Below are positions 45,990-58,029 of a DNA stretch of 64,000 bases, piece after piece (within the stretch, counting starts at the first letter, position 1; the number at the start of each line of letters is the position of its first letter). The DNA is from Lama guanicoe. Its lineage: Eukaryota. Under the pieces are notes generated by a model. The model ran no database searches, was not told the DNA's origin, and worked only from the letters and a program-made list of their open reading frames with translations. The stretch lies in the NCBI GenBank assembly GCA_013239625.1, contig MU054187.1, forward strand, positions 496,001-560,000, written 5' to 3'. A program made the translations under genes and the position numbers.

Positions 45990-47060
45990 AGCTGCGCGGA
46001 AGGTCTCTGCTCCCCACCTCGGCGCGGGCATGCAGAGGTGAGGCCAGGCGGGTCGCGAGGCCTTCCCGGAGACCGACGACCTGGGATTTGACCTCCTCCT
46101 GCTGCTCCGCGGCGCGGTCCTGCCCCCCCCCCCCCCCCCCCCCGGCAGNNNNNNNNNNNNNNNNNNNNNNNNNNNNNNNNNNNNNNNNNNNNNNNNNNNN
46201 NNNNNNNNNNNNNNNNNCCCAACCCCGGACCGCCGCCCCCGGCTTCTCTGGCGCCAGCCGCGCGATGGGTCTCGCACTTTGATTATTTGTGTTAACAGTT
46301 AATTTAGCACCGCGGCCACGTGTGCCAGCGCCGCCTGCGCTTCCTGCGGGCGCAGCGAAGGGCACTTCTACGAGATCCTTTCAAGGGCTCCCTGGCCGGC
46401 TCGTGCGCCCGGGCCCTGCCTCCCCCAGCCCAGGCTCCGCGGCCCGGACCCCTTCGCCCGGGGCGCCCCCTCCTCGCCTATCTCGACTGCGATCTGGAGT
46501 CGCGGGCAGGAAAGGAGCTATTTCTGGCCACGCGGTCCCTCCGCCCAGGGCACCCGTCTGATGAAGGAGAGTTCCCGGCCGCCGGTCGCGGCGCTTCCCG
46601 GCGTGCGCCCGGGGACCGAAGTCTCTGCTGTCACTGCAGACGCCTGGCTGCTGTCATGACATACTTGGCAGATCCTTTCCCCCCCCCCCCGATAATTTCG
46701 AGAAAATGCGGGCACGCACGTACAGAATGTCTGTGGTGCCGCAGCGAGCACCCCGCGTCCCGGTCTGACTCCTCCCGCCTCCCTGAGCGGCTCTCCTCAG
46801 ACACCGCCTCCTTTGTCACCGGCCTCGTTCGGGGTTTGATCCCCTCCTGAGCTCTCACTGGGTGGGTCTGTGCGGCTGGGAGAGGGAGCGCCCCGAGAAC
46901 TGCAAGGAGGAGGGCTTCGGGGCTCCGCGGAGGTTCCTGACTCCGGCCTGTGGCTTGTCTTTCCTTGTAAAGCACTCGGTTTCCCCCTCGCTTAGGTTTC
47001 TGGTACGGGTACTTCTCCTCCCGGAGAGACCGCGAGTCCCGTGTGCAGGAGGGCGGAGCT
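45990..47060. promoter_or_regulatory. Strongest CpG island in the window (candidate promoter or orphan CpG island)
   Basis: About 1 kb of dense CpG with a C21 tract (46123-46143) and an internal assembly gap. It contains an AT-rich motif core at 46277-46310. Confidence 0.75.
46149..46217. other. Assembly gap (69 N)
   Basis: Run of N. Confidence 1.
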
Positions 47061-47264
47061 TCGTGTTCTGCCTGCCAGGACTCAGAAGGGGTCCCTCATG
47101 CGCTCAGGAGAGGGTTTGGGAGAGAGCGGCAGGGACCCACCGAGGCAGGGCCTTTCTAGCCTAAAGGACCTGGGACCCTGGGCCAGCTTTCGTGCAGCCT
47201 GGGGGCTCCCGTGTGCTTCACCATCAGCCTGAAAGTTTTTACACCAAAAGAAGTACCGAGGAAG

Positions 47265-48099
47265 AGAAAAGAACCTGCAGAATGGAGAATGTCTGAGAAG
47301 GCTCTGGAAACCAGAATACATAAAGAAGTCTTACAACTCAGCAACAAAGACAAACAACCCAATTAAGGAACGGGCAAGGACTTTTCCCAAAGGAGACATG
47401 AAAAGATGCTCTAGCATAGTCATCAGGGAAGCGCCAGTCAGAACCACAGTGGGTACCACTGCACATCCATTAGGATGGCAAGATTTAAAAAAATGGAATA
47501 TAACAAGTGTTGGCACAAATGTGGAGAGATTAGAATGCTTGTACATTGCTGCTGGGAGTGTAAAATGTGCAGCCTCCGTGGAAGACAGCGTGGGATTTCT
47601 TAAAGTTAAATGTGGAATTATCACATGACCTCACAGTTCCACACCTAGGTACATACCCCAGAGAATTGAAAACAGAGACTCAAAGCAGTACATGCACACA
47701 CATGTTCCTGGTCCGTCAGTGGACGAACGGACAGACAAATGTGGTCNNNNNNNNNNNNNNNNNNNNNNNNNNNNNNNNNNNNNNNNNNNNNNNNNNNNNN
47801 NNNNNNNNNNNNNNNNNNNNNNNNNNNNNNNNNNNNNNNNNNNNNNNNNNNNNNNNNNNNNNNNNNNNNNNNNNNNNNNNNNNNNNNNNNNNNNNNNNNN
47901 NNNNNNNNNATTAGAGAAATTCATAGAGAACTCAAACGTGGTTTTCAGGGGCTGGGGAAAGAGAAATGGGGAGAAAGTACTTAATAGGTAAGAGTTGTTA
48001 CTTTGAAGTGATGAAAATATTTTGGAATTAGATAGAGGTGGTGGTTATGTGGCATTGTGAATGCCACTGAATGCCACCGAATTTTTACTTAAAAATGGT
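47265..48099 (+). mobile_element. L1MB-like 3' portion (ORF2 C-terminus and 3'UTR), spanning an assembly gap
   Basis: The peptide MKRCSSIVIREAPVRTTVGTTAHPLGW...SVGTNVERLECLYIAAGSVK matches the ORF2 C-terminal region. The 3'UTR ends GTGATGAAAATATTTTGGAATTAGATAGAGGTGGTGG...ACTTAAAAATGGT. Confidence 0.88.
47747..47909. other. Assembly gap (163 N)
   Basis: Run of N. Confidence 1.
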
Positions 48100-48104
48100 C
48101 ACTA

Positions 48105-48374
48105 TAACTGTGTGGTATGACTTGTGTATGGAGTCCAAAAGATATAACAGCCTTGAACATCGCAGAACAGAAGCAGACTCCCAGGTGCAGAGAACAAAGC
48201 AGTGGTGCCAGTGGCAGGGGAGGGGCAGTGTGCTCCAGAGATGGGGGAGGGGGTACAAGTACTGCGTGTAAGGCAGGCTCCAGGGTGTATGCACAGCATG
48301 GGGAACGTAGCCAATATTTTGTAATAACTGTAAATGGAAACACAACCTTTAAAAATTGTATACAACTTTTTAAA
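48105..48374 (+). mobile_element. Cetartiodactyl-type L1 3'UTR fragment
   Basis: AGAAGCAGACTCCCAGGTGCAGAGAACAAAGCAGTGG...GGGAACGTAGCCAATATTTTGTAATAACTGTAAATGGAAACACAACCTTTAAAAATTGT matches the artiodactyl L1 3' end (remembered consensus). Confidence 0.75.
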
Positions 48375-48819
48375 TGCAAAGTCCGTGGTCCATCTGCTCA
48401 TTTGCCTGGGGCGTCCCCTTAGTCTAGGAGCGGGCGGTGACTGAGCCCCAGAGCAGGTGAGGGACTGTCTCTTGGAAGTCTGTCCTGTCCTTAGAATTCG
48501 AGTGGTGCATTCAGCCCGGGCCTCGGGGCCGCCCTGGACTGTGATCTGCGCGGAGGCCACGTGCGGGTGGGCTCCTCTCTCCAAAGTGAAGCCTGTGCTG
48601 CGTCCTAACTTATCAAGTGAGTTTTACACTCTACCCACAGGAGAGACACAGGACCACGCCATGTCTGGCCTGTGCACGGCCCCCACATCGTTCATGACGT
48701 GGTCAGGGTCTGCGCTGTCTCAGAGAGGGCTTATACAGCACCCACCCCACCTGGGTCCTCCCCTCACAGACGGGACGCTGAGGCTCAGACACAGTAGAGC
48801 TCTGCCTGGAACCCGTATG

Positions 48820-49035
48820 ACAGGAGGGAGCTCGTGGTTGCGTCGGGCTGGCGTGGTTGCTTGTAAGCAGGGAGTGGCCACTGATGGGGCTGGGTGGTCT
48901 TCTGGGGTGATGAGGACACCATGCGAGTGGCTGTTGTTCTGGTCACACAACTCTATGGCTATACGAAAAGGCACTGAATTGTGCACTTTACCCGGGCGAA
49001 TTGTATGCTATGTGAGTCACATCTCAACAGAGCTG
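48820..49035 (+). mobile_element. L1MB7/8-like 3' end fragment
   Basis: TCTTCTGGGGTGATGA...CACAACTCTATGGCTATACGAAAAGGCACTGAATTGTGCACTTTA...GAATTGTATGCTATGTGAGTCACATCTCAACAGAGCTG. Confidence 0.7.
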
Positions 49036-52000
49036 CCATATACGTAGGTACGTGTTTTAAAAATTGCCTGGGTGCGTACAGTGGCACGGCAGCCCTCCCG
49101 CCCTCTTACCCTGACAGTGAATCTCAGATACCCTCGATCCCAATGCCGTGTCTTTGCCCGACCGTTCTGGACAACTGCATTCATCCTCTAAACCGCTTGC
49201 TCACATGAGAGCTTTGTTTATTCCACGCCTGTGAGATGGTCCGATGGTTTCATGTCCAAAGTGGCCAGTATCACAGCCACACCCTCCGCTGGAGTGAAGG
49301 TGGTTGTGTATTTGGGGACAAAATCTTCCGAGAAGACTTCTAAGGCTTCCCCTATCAACAGCCTGGGCTGGGAAAGCCCTCCGTGGGAGCGGGCTGTGTG
49401 AGAGCGTGCCCGCGAGGGCCCTCCCCTGCTGCAGCTTCCTCGACTCAGGCCTCCTGCAGTGCCCCAGCTCCGCCCCGCTGGTACGTGGTAGGTGCCCTCC
49501 GGAGCAGTCAGTGAATTACTGCTGGCAGAGTGCTCTCGGATAAACAGGGAATCCAGAGTATATGGCAAACGGCCCAAAGTCTGTTCTTTTCAAACACGAC
49601 AGCCCTGCAGCCGGGGGCGGGGTGGCCGGGTCTTCTGCGCAGGGCAGCTCTCCGTCCGGCGTTACCCTGATCCGAGCTTCAGCCCCCAGGGCTTGGCCTG
49701 CAGAGCACAAAGCAGAATGCAAACGTGGGACCAGCCTGGCTCAGCGAGGACGTTCACTCAGGGAAGATGGCCACTGCACTTCGTCCGGGGGCCCCGCCTG
49801 TGGGCCAGGGGCCACACAGAGACTCCAGTGAGCCCCCACCCCGCTGAACTCCGGGGTCGGAAGAGCCAGGTTCCCTTGGGTACATTCATCACGGTGGATC
49901 TGGTTAGTCTGCGCACACCGGTGCCGCCTTCTGGGCAGAAGGATCCGTGTGAAGCTGAAGACAGGTTCCCCAAATAGCTCCTTTCCTTACATCCCTCTGG
50001 CCGCTCTCAGCGCTGGGGGAGGCGGCTGAGCTCTGCTGACCCGAGGTCAGGGGTCTGTTGCTTATTTTATCTTCCCAAACAAAACAAACTTCTCTCCATT
50101 TTGTCCGATTTCCTACCAGAGAGAATCTTTTGTTTTCACTTGCTGCCCTGTCAGCTTCCAAGAATTTTTTTCTTCTCGAGACTGGTTGAGGCGCCCAGGG
50201 CCCAGCGGCTGGCTGCCCGGCTCCGGCCCAAGGCCGCGGATTCCTCCTTTTCCTTCCCGGTATTGTCCAGCTTCCTGAGGGCCCTCGCCCCGGCCCGGGG
50301 GACGGCGTGGCCGGCACACTCTCCTGTCCCCTGCCGAGGAGGAGACAGGAAGGCTCCGTGGACCCCCGCCTCCTGCCCGATCCTCGTGGGGGCTCAGAGG
50401 GGATGGTGCCCTGGACTTCACTTGGACCACAGTGTCACCTGCCAGATGAGAGACGCCAGCAAGAAACCCAAGAAAAGTGGCTTAGGAGCACCGCGCCTTC
50501 GCCCCAGCGCCTTTTCAGATAAAGACAGGCTTTCCCCCTTGCTGTCCTTCCTGCTGACCGAGTTTTCAGTCTAAATGAAGTCGAATTGACTCGGGGACAA
50601 AGTTCCTAAAAATCCCCTGTGGCTTCCAAGATGCACAGGACACTGTCGGGACACCAGGCTGGCCCCCCAGGCGCCCCCGCCTCGCCTCCTCCCCCAGCCC
50701 CCGGTGCGCTGCAATGACACGTCCGGCCGCTCCAGAGGCCAGATCTGTTCTGTGAGGCCTCTCACAGTTTTCCAGGGCATCATCGACATTATGGTGACGG
50801 GGACATAGCGTCCGTGGGCACTCTGTGAGCGTCACGTCCCCAGGCAGACTGGGAGCTCCTGGGTACAGACTTAGAGTGGGGCTTAGCACGCAGCAGGTGG
50901 ACAAGGGCTGCTGGCACGTCAGAGGTCTGCAAGGAGAGAACCCGAAGGCTTTGGGTTTCGCTCACCGCACATCCTTCCGGCTGGGGGTGGGGGTGAGGAA
51001 GGATGGGTGACGGCCTCCTGGCTGCGGGGGGAGCAGAGTGCGGCGTGTCTGAGCACTGGCTCCATCCCGCACCTGAGGCGGAGGACCGGCGACACAGCCG
51101 CACCAGCTGGGAAGGATGCTGCCTGGCCCGTCGCTGCTCAGGAAAGCGGGAGGGGCGCGGCGTTTCCTGGGTGCCGTCTGGAGCCCAGGGAGGTGCTATG
51201 GCGTCCAGCACACGTGGCAGCATGGAAGTTCCTCCATAAACTCAAAGCGCTTAGGGGGTCGTCTCCATAATTTCTATTTTGAGTGAATCCTTCTGCTCAG
51301 ATAGTGAAGTTGCTTTTCTCCTGAGACAGCTTGAATCATTTGCTCTGGGAGAGTGGAGCGGTGGGGTAACTTGAGGGCTAAAGGCAGTCCGGCCCCACTC
51401 CCGGCCCTGGTCCTCTGGTCTCCAGGGCGACACCAGGCCTGCAGTCTGCACCCAGCAGAGTCAGGGGGGCGCTCGTGCTGGTTTTAACACCGTGATACAA
51501 GGCAGGGGCCAGAGTATTAAGCAAATGTGCTTCTCCAGGTCTCTGTAGAGGGTTTGCGGGCATTTTATGGGGAAAGGTGTATGGAGGTCAAATTCCTTTC
51601 TGAAGTGTTAACCAGGCTGCTTCCTCAGAGGGTCTCCAGCAAGGCTGTGGAATGTGCCTGGATTTCCGGTCACATCTGCACACAGAACCCCCTTCCGTTG
51701 GAGATGTTTGCCCAAAGCCATCGTTTAGAAATGCCGGCGTGTTGAACTGAAAAGACTCTGCAGCCAGAAGATGTGAGTGGGCTTCTTCAAGTGACCACAG
51801 CCCAGGAGGGTTCCCTGTGTCGTAAAGTGAGGGTCCCCGACCCTCTCGGGCTGCGTGGCTGTGTGGGCTGTGCCCATGGGGCTGTTCTCGGTCCTCACGT
51901 GATCACTTTACTCACACGTGGAGCCCAAGTTCCCTCGATCAGACGGCCTGCTCCTGTGCCCCCTCCCTCTTCACAAGATCAGGGTTCTTGGGAGGCTGGG

Positions 52001-52499
52001 CCACTGCCAGTGGGGCGAGGGGCTCACCACGGAGGCAAGGGGACAAGAAGCCGGGAGACAACCGTCTTACCCGCCAGCTTGGAGCCCTCGGAAGGCACCT
52101 TCGGACGGGAGCTGTGACCCCACCTCCTTGCATTCAGACCACACGGATCTGGTCCTGCCGAGTGTCGGGGGAGGGTGGGCAGTGACGACCTCACAGCGAG
52201 AGAAGCAGGCATGGGTGGGGCCTTGTGGGGCCGCTGTCCAGCGGAGACAATTTACTGAACGTGCACAACCGGGCTGAGCGCGAAGGGGGTAAGGACTGGA
52301 GGCTCTGCGGCCCGCGCGCCCGGTCCTGAGTGCCCGCCACGTGTCGCAGTGGCCGCGTCGTGACCTCTCCAACACAGCTGGGTGGCCAGGGGCTCTGCGT
52401 GTGCTCAGTGGTGTGCCGACCCCGCTCAGAGCAACACACACACTACTGAGTTGCACAAGTCAAAGGAGGGCGCATGGACCGTCAGAGTGCAGAGTGGGG

Positions 52500-52960
52500 A
52501 CCTGGATCCACCTGAGCGCGGGTGTAGATGGTGGGGAGGAGTTAGGTAAAGGGGGAAGGGCATTTTAGGCAGATGGGAGGGATCAGGGTGAAGCTGTGGG
52601 GAGGGGTCTGGACTTTGTCCTGAGGAGAGTGGACAACGTCTTGTGCGTGGAGCACGCGCACCGAGAGTCTCAGCACAGAGTCACTTAGATCCGGGCAAGA
52701 GCAGGGCTGTCAGGAAGGACCTGAGTCTGGCCTGCCTGGCTGGGGGCTGCCATTTCTAAGGTAGAAAACAGGGGACCAGAGAAAACGAGAGAGAGTGGAG
52801 GCCACGAGGTCTGCGTGGGAGGTGGAGTGGGGTGCACTCTGTTACCCAAGGAGGCAAGGAGGGTCTGGAGCTCAGAGGGGAGAGCGGGCCGGACACGTCA
52901 CGTCCCGGCAGAGGCTGAAGCCTCGAGAAGGGACCTGTTACTCAGGAGTGGGTGGAGGGC
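52500..52960 (-). mobile_element. Degenerate L2 fragment
   Basis: GGAAGGGCATTTTAGGCAGA, GGACTTTGTCCTGAG, TGCCATTTCTAAG and GTCTGGAGCTCAGAGGGGAGA occur in the order expected for antisense L2. Confidence 0.45.
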
Positions 52961-53506
52961 CAGGTGGGTCCTGCCGCCAGCAAAACATCCAGGCTCTGCT
53001 GGGACTTCACTCTGTGGGAGCTTGGCCATGGGGGTTCCCACACGCCTGCATCAGCAGAGACGGGTGGCTGGACAAAGACCTCAGGGCCCACAAGGCCTGT
53101 GAGACTGACTGAGGGACCCTGGTCCGTGGAGGAGCGGGCCCCACCTTTCCTGTGTGGGTGGAGGGCATGAGTTCCCAGGGCCCGCGTCGGGGCAGAGATG
53201 GGCAGGGACCGTGGTCCAGAGGAGGGACCGGGCGCTGGAGAGCACCATGGCCTGGGGAGGTCAGAGGAGGACAGGACCAAGTGGTCCTCCGAGGAGCCCG
53301 GCCCGGGGCCCTGGGAGCTGCTGGGACCGGTTTCATGAGAACAAGTGGGCTGACGGGGAGGTGGGGCCGGGGCCAGGGGACGCCTGCGGCACAGCCGATG
53401 GCAAGGAAATGCAGCAAACAGAAAACCAGATGTAGAGGAACGTTTGCACGGCGCCTCTGTGACCCCCCGTAGCTCCCGAATGCTCAGTGAAGCCTTGTCT
53501 CTGCTG

Positions 53507-53508
<2 letters not shown>

Positions 53509-53538
<30 letters not shown>
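53509..53538. repeat. (GT)15 microsatellite
   Basis: Read directly from the sequence. Confidence 0.98.
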
Positions 53539-53542
<4 letters not shown>

Positions 53543-53914
53543 AGACCAAGGAAAGGTGTGGCTCGTGAAATATGTGTGGACAGGAATTCAGAGCAGGCAG
53601 GACGTGGGGCAGAGATCACCTTGACAGGTAAGTTCCTTGAAGCTTTGTTTCACACAATTTGGGGAGATTCCTGGATGGTTTGTTCCTACAAGTCTCAGCA
53701 CAAGGTAGAGTCTAATATTCTCCGGATCTTAGGGAGCTGGGAGCTGGGAGTCCCCGGCTAACATCTGGATGAGTGTACTGGGGGGCGTAAAATATATTCA
53801 TCTTTATTGCCATCTCTCCCCACGAAGGTCTGGGCTGCCTGGTGATGGCGGTCTTGTCTGACGCGCTCCTGGCGGAACCTCCTTACAGTCAGGGCGGCAC
53901 CTGGCACTCAGAAC

Positions 53915-53990
53915 AGCGGGTAGAGATGGTTATTACGTTCATTTGTAGATAAAGAAACTCAGGTTTGGAGATCCAAGCACACAGAGTGTC
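53915..53990 (-). mobile_element. MIR fragment
   Basis: TTATTACGTTCATTTGTAGATAAAGAAACTCAGG resembles the antisense MIR core. Confidence 0.5.
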
Positions 53991-54969
53991 CAGAACTTTA
54001 ATTTCTAGTTCGCATGTAATTTATGTGTCTTATTCCTGTTGCTGCGTGGCCTTGGCGTCTCCCTGGGCCACGGCTCCCGTCCACACTGCTGGCTCCCCGG
54101 GCGAGGCTGCGGTGGGAACCGAGAAGCCCCAGGAGACCTGCCCCCTCTAGACCCTCCGCCTCTCCTTCCCTGACTCCACCCGCAGCCCTGACACACTCCG
54201 AGTGTGAGCCCAGGTGACAGTGACAGACTGAAATGTCACACCAGTGTGACCAAAATCCCCAATTCTTGCCCCAACTGTGGTTTCTTATTAGAAGATTGCT
54301 TTTGATAGAGTTTTAAAAGTTGCAGGAGCTCCCGGTGTGACTGAAGGGCACGGGGAGGTTTGGCCTGCCGGGGTCAACCCCAGTCAGGGCAGTTTCTGGG
54401 ACCAGAGAGGGACCAGAAGGCAGGCACTCACCACATGGCGCTTAGCGTGTAAGAGCCAGGGCCACTCCCCGCGTCCGAGGAGATTGCTAAGACCCTTCAG
54501 GGCTCCATCCTTCAGATGCCGAAGTCTAAATTCTCATGGGCTTGCAGGCTCAGCCCTCCAGCCGTGCTCCCCCGAGCATCCTCCTCCCGGAGCTCTCCTG
54601 CACCCACACCACCCCCACCGACCTGCAAACCCGACATTGCTCGGGACCGGCCAGCACCCTCGGGCCAGGTCAGGGGTGGGGCGGCTGTCCCCAGGTGGAT
54701 CCTTGAGTGTGGGGCCTGAAGGTGCGGCATTTGGGGCCAGTGTTGGCGCCACCCTGCTGACGCGTGGGAACACGGACTGCATGACGCGTGGGGCTTGGTT
54801 AAAAACCAGGAACCACGATGAGATACGCCACGTTGTCCTCACACGTGAGTCAGGAATACATGTGCATGAAAACACAAAAGCTCCTTGCAAGAGTATGTTC
54901 AAATAAGACTCACCTTAAGGACACCGTCACTAAGGGAGAGGGCCGGGAGTGGTTACGCACAGGGCCGCG

Positions 54970-55565
54970 CAGCACAGGGATCGGACCCCCGCGCGTTGTC
55001 GGTGAGACTGTACAGTGATGCAGCTGCTCTGGAAAACAACGTCCAGGCTCCTCCGAAAGTTACAGTTGGAACCACCGTTTCTGTGGCTCCAGCTGCCCAC
55101 TCTGGGCATTTACCCCAAAGGACTGAGAGCAGGGTCTTGGGGAGATACCTGCACACCCACGTCCGCAGCAGCAGTGTTCCCTGGAGCCAGCACACAGCGC
55201 AGCCCGCCCCTGCTGAGGAATGGAGGGATGAGGAGGCGTGGTCAACACGGCCCGCGGGATATTACGCAGCCTCGAGAGGAAGGGAGCTCTGACATGTGTC
55301 ACAGCAGGGCAGAACCTCGGGGACATGACTTGAAGTGAGATTCCACTTACGAGAGGTCCCTGGAGTCATCGAAACACAGAGCTGGGGGTGGTGGTGCTGG
55401 GGAGGGAGTGTTTAGTGGGGAAGAGCTTCTGCTTTGCAGGAGGAAGAGTATGGGGTGGATGGTGGTGCTGGTGGTGGCACCACGCGAGCGTACTTAGCGT
55501 CACCGGGCTGCACGCCTGACCTGTTAAAATGGCAAATTTCGTTGTCTGTATGTCACCACTGTACA
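54970..55565 (+). mobile_element. L1MB2/3-like 3' fragment, strongly GC-shifted
   Basis: Colinear with the L1MB 3' end: GCAGCTGCTCTGGAAAAC...CTGGGCATTTACCCCAAAGGACTGAGAGCAGGGTCT...GATTCCACTTACGAGAGGT...GTTAAAATGGCAAATTT...ACCAC. Confidence 0.8.
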
Positions 55566-58029
55566 AAATTCGAACAGGAAAGTCTGCCCCTGACGTGCTT
55601 TACTGTTCTGGTGCCTGGAGTGTGGTCCCCTCCACCCCCCCAGACCAGGCCCCAGAAGCCTGGCAGCCCCTGTGCCTGCGGCCCGCCCGTTCCTCCTGGC
55701 CTCTGGCTTCCTTCCGGCGGAGTGTGGACGCTGCTCTCCCCAGCCGGCCTGGGCCACATGCTCGGGCAGACCGCTCCCTCCGCTCCCTGCGTGTGTGGAC
55801 ACCCCATCCCCTGCACTTCCCCGGGGACTCCGTTGGCACCTCCAAGCAGGACTGCTGGTGGCCGTCGGTAAGCATCCACTCTCAAAGGAGCGTTTTACTT
55901 CCTGAGGAATTTCGAGGAGCGCAAACATTCAGCTGCTTCGGGTGGTGATAATCTCACTTTTGGATAAATTCTCAGGGGGAGACAATCATTTTGGCTGTTT
56001 CTTTTCAACTTGGAATTTCCTTTGAAAACCTGCCTCTTTCGCTGGCCCGCTCCTCTGCGTGGGCAGAAGCACTTTCCATCCGTCGTGCTCTGGGCTGTTT
56101 CCCACTGGGACGGGGTGATTTATACAGAGCAGCCCACGGCCTAGGCCTCTGTGTCCTCCTCCACGGAAGTCTCCAGGAGAGGAGGCTGCTCCCCCAGCGA
56201 GCCGCGTGTGCACAGTGTATCCGCCCTCCCCACCCCCTCAACCACACGTGCTGACTTCCTGCCCGCCTGGGCCTCAGATCGGGACCCAGCCCCATGGAGG
56301 GGCTGTCCTGGGAAGGGAGAAGAGGAGAGTTAAAAGGAGCCAAGATTTGAATCAACAAGAGCCCTGTCCCTCGTCACTGCCTCCCGCCTGTGTGTGCCCG
56401 GCGGGTGGGGGAGAGGTGGGGCCTGGGGACCTGGGCCTGCGCCCTCCTTCCCTGAGACCCTGTGCCGCGTCCGAGAGGCAAGAACAGACGCGGCCCCTCT
56501 GCTTGCCATCCTCACGTCACCGGTGGCTGGGGCTCCCGAACCCGGCCGCAGCTTCTGTCCGAGGACCTGGGGTCTGCCCTGGGGTGGGACCAGCAGGCCT
56601 AGGCAGGCCCCTCCCTGCTGTCCTGGTTTCCTAGGCCAAACCCAGCAGTGAGGGGCCCCGATGGCTGCGGAAGTTCTCGGCCTTGGCTGATCTGTGTCCT
56701 TTTCTGAGCACACAGTAACCGGGATCTCCAGGCCTGGCAGTTTCTGAAAGAAGACTTTCTTTCCACTTTGGCAGCTCGTCTCCATAAAGACACTGCGCTC
56801 TTTTTATTGGATGGGAAATAATTTCACAAATAACACGTCGACTTCAGCAACGAGGCCCCGCCGGGTCCCCTACCAGCCACCTCTCACCAGCAGAATTTCG
56901 TTCTTATCTGTCTTCCCTTGGCCTCGGTGTTAATTGTCACAAGGTCAAAGGATAAACTCTCTGGGGGATCCCGGCCTTGTAGGGATTTGACTGAAAATCG
57001 GAAACAAATTGCAGTGAAATGAAAACATGGGCCGGAGTGCAAGGGCCGGCGTCAGCGGGCGCCATCTGTGCCGCGGGGTGGCTGGCGCCTGAGCCGCTTG
57101 GCTTGGCAGCCTGGCCTGTCCTCAGGCTCTGTTTTCCTTGGGGGGTGGGAGCCTGGGGCGAGTAGGGGGAGCTGCCCTTTGCCTGGTGATTTATACGTGG
57201 TTGGAGGAGCCCTGTTCCGCTTTCTTGTGGCTGGAATATCTGTGACACGCTGTTTCAATCCCAGGCCATCAGCTGGGCCCTCTGTGGAATGTCCCCGGAG
57301 ATGGGACGACCTCCCAGTCAGGTCATTTGTTCCGCAGAATTCTAAGGCGCCTTCTCTAACATCTGCGTCCTATTAATACCGTCAGAATATTTCCATGGGC
57401 TCTGGGAACTCAGGAGGTGCTTGGAGGGAGGCTTAGCCCCAAATCTGGAGGATTTTGGACTCTTCTCCTTTGTGGTTCTTTTGTTTTGTGGGAGCATCGC
57501 CCCCCTCCTGTCCCTTTAACTTCACCATCGCGCAGGTGCATGGATAGTCCTGTTCACCAGGGAAGGAAGGGCGCAGGAAGCCCTGAGGTGGAGGGGGTTT
57601 GTAGACACAGAGGGAAGAGAGCGCAGGCAGAGCCAGCACAGACTTTCTGGCCACATTTGCTGGAAGCAGGTGGGAGAAGGGCCACCCTGCACGGGCCCAT
57701 GGAGCACTGGGCTTCCAAGTCCCCATGATGGCCTTCTGGGGCCTTGGACAGGCCTGTGCTCAAGGGGTTGGGAGGCATGGCGGGAGAGAGGGAAGGAGAG
57801 GGGCAGGAGAGGCTTGAAGAGAGGGTGCAGTGAAGGGGTGGAAGTCAGGCGCGCTGCTTAAAGAGAAGACTGTTTGTAATGTCTGGTCAAATAAAAATGA
57901 ACTTGCATCGTGAAAAGTGGAAAGTGCAGTGTCTGGGGCGGGGTCTGCACGGAGACCCCAGAGCCTGTCGGGGTGCAGGGTCCTGGGTGGGAAGTCGGGG
58001 GAGAAAGCGCGAACCTGTGAATCCAGTGA

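Noticed and set aside
13510-51475. CTCF-like motifs (e.g. ~13511, ~18913, ~38401, ~51460)
   Set aside because: All have core mismatches, and such matches are common in GC-rich DNA.
51539-51576. Possible exon encoding VSVEGLRAFYGE, resembling a mitochondrial-carrier motif
   Set aside because: The match is short, the donor is weak, the motif lacks the K/R-G ending, and no other carrier exons are present.
2435-55565. L1 orientation flips from minus to plus at the 46-kb CpG island
   Set aside because: Too few elements to infer transcription direction.
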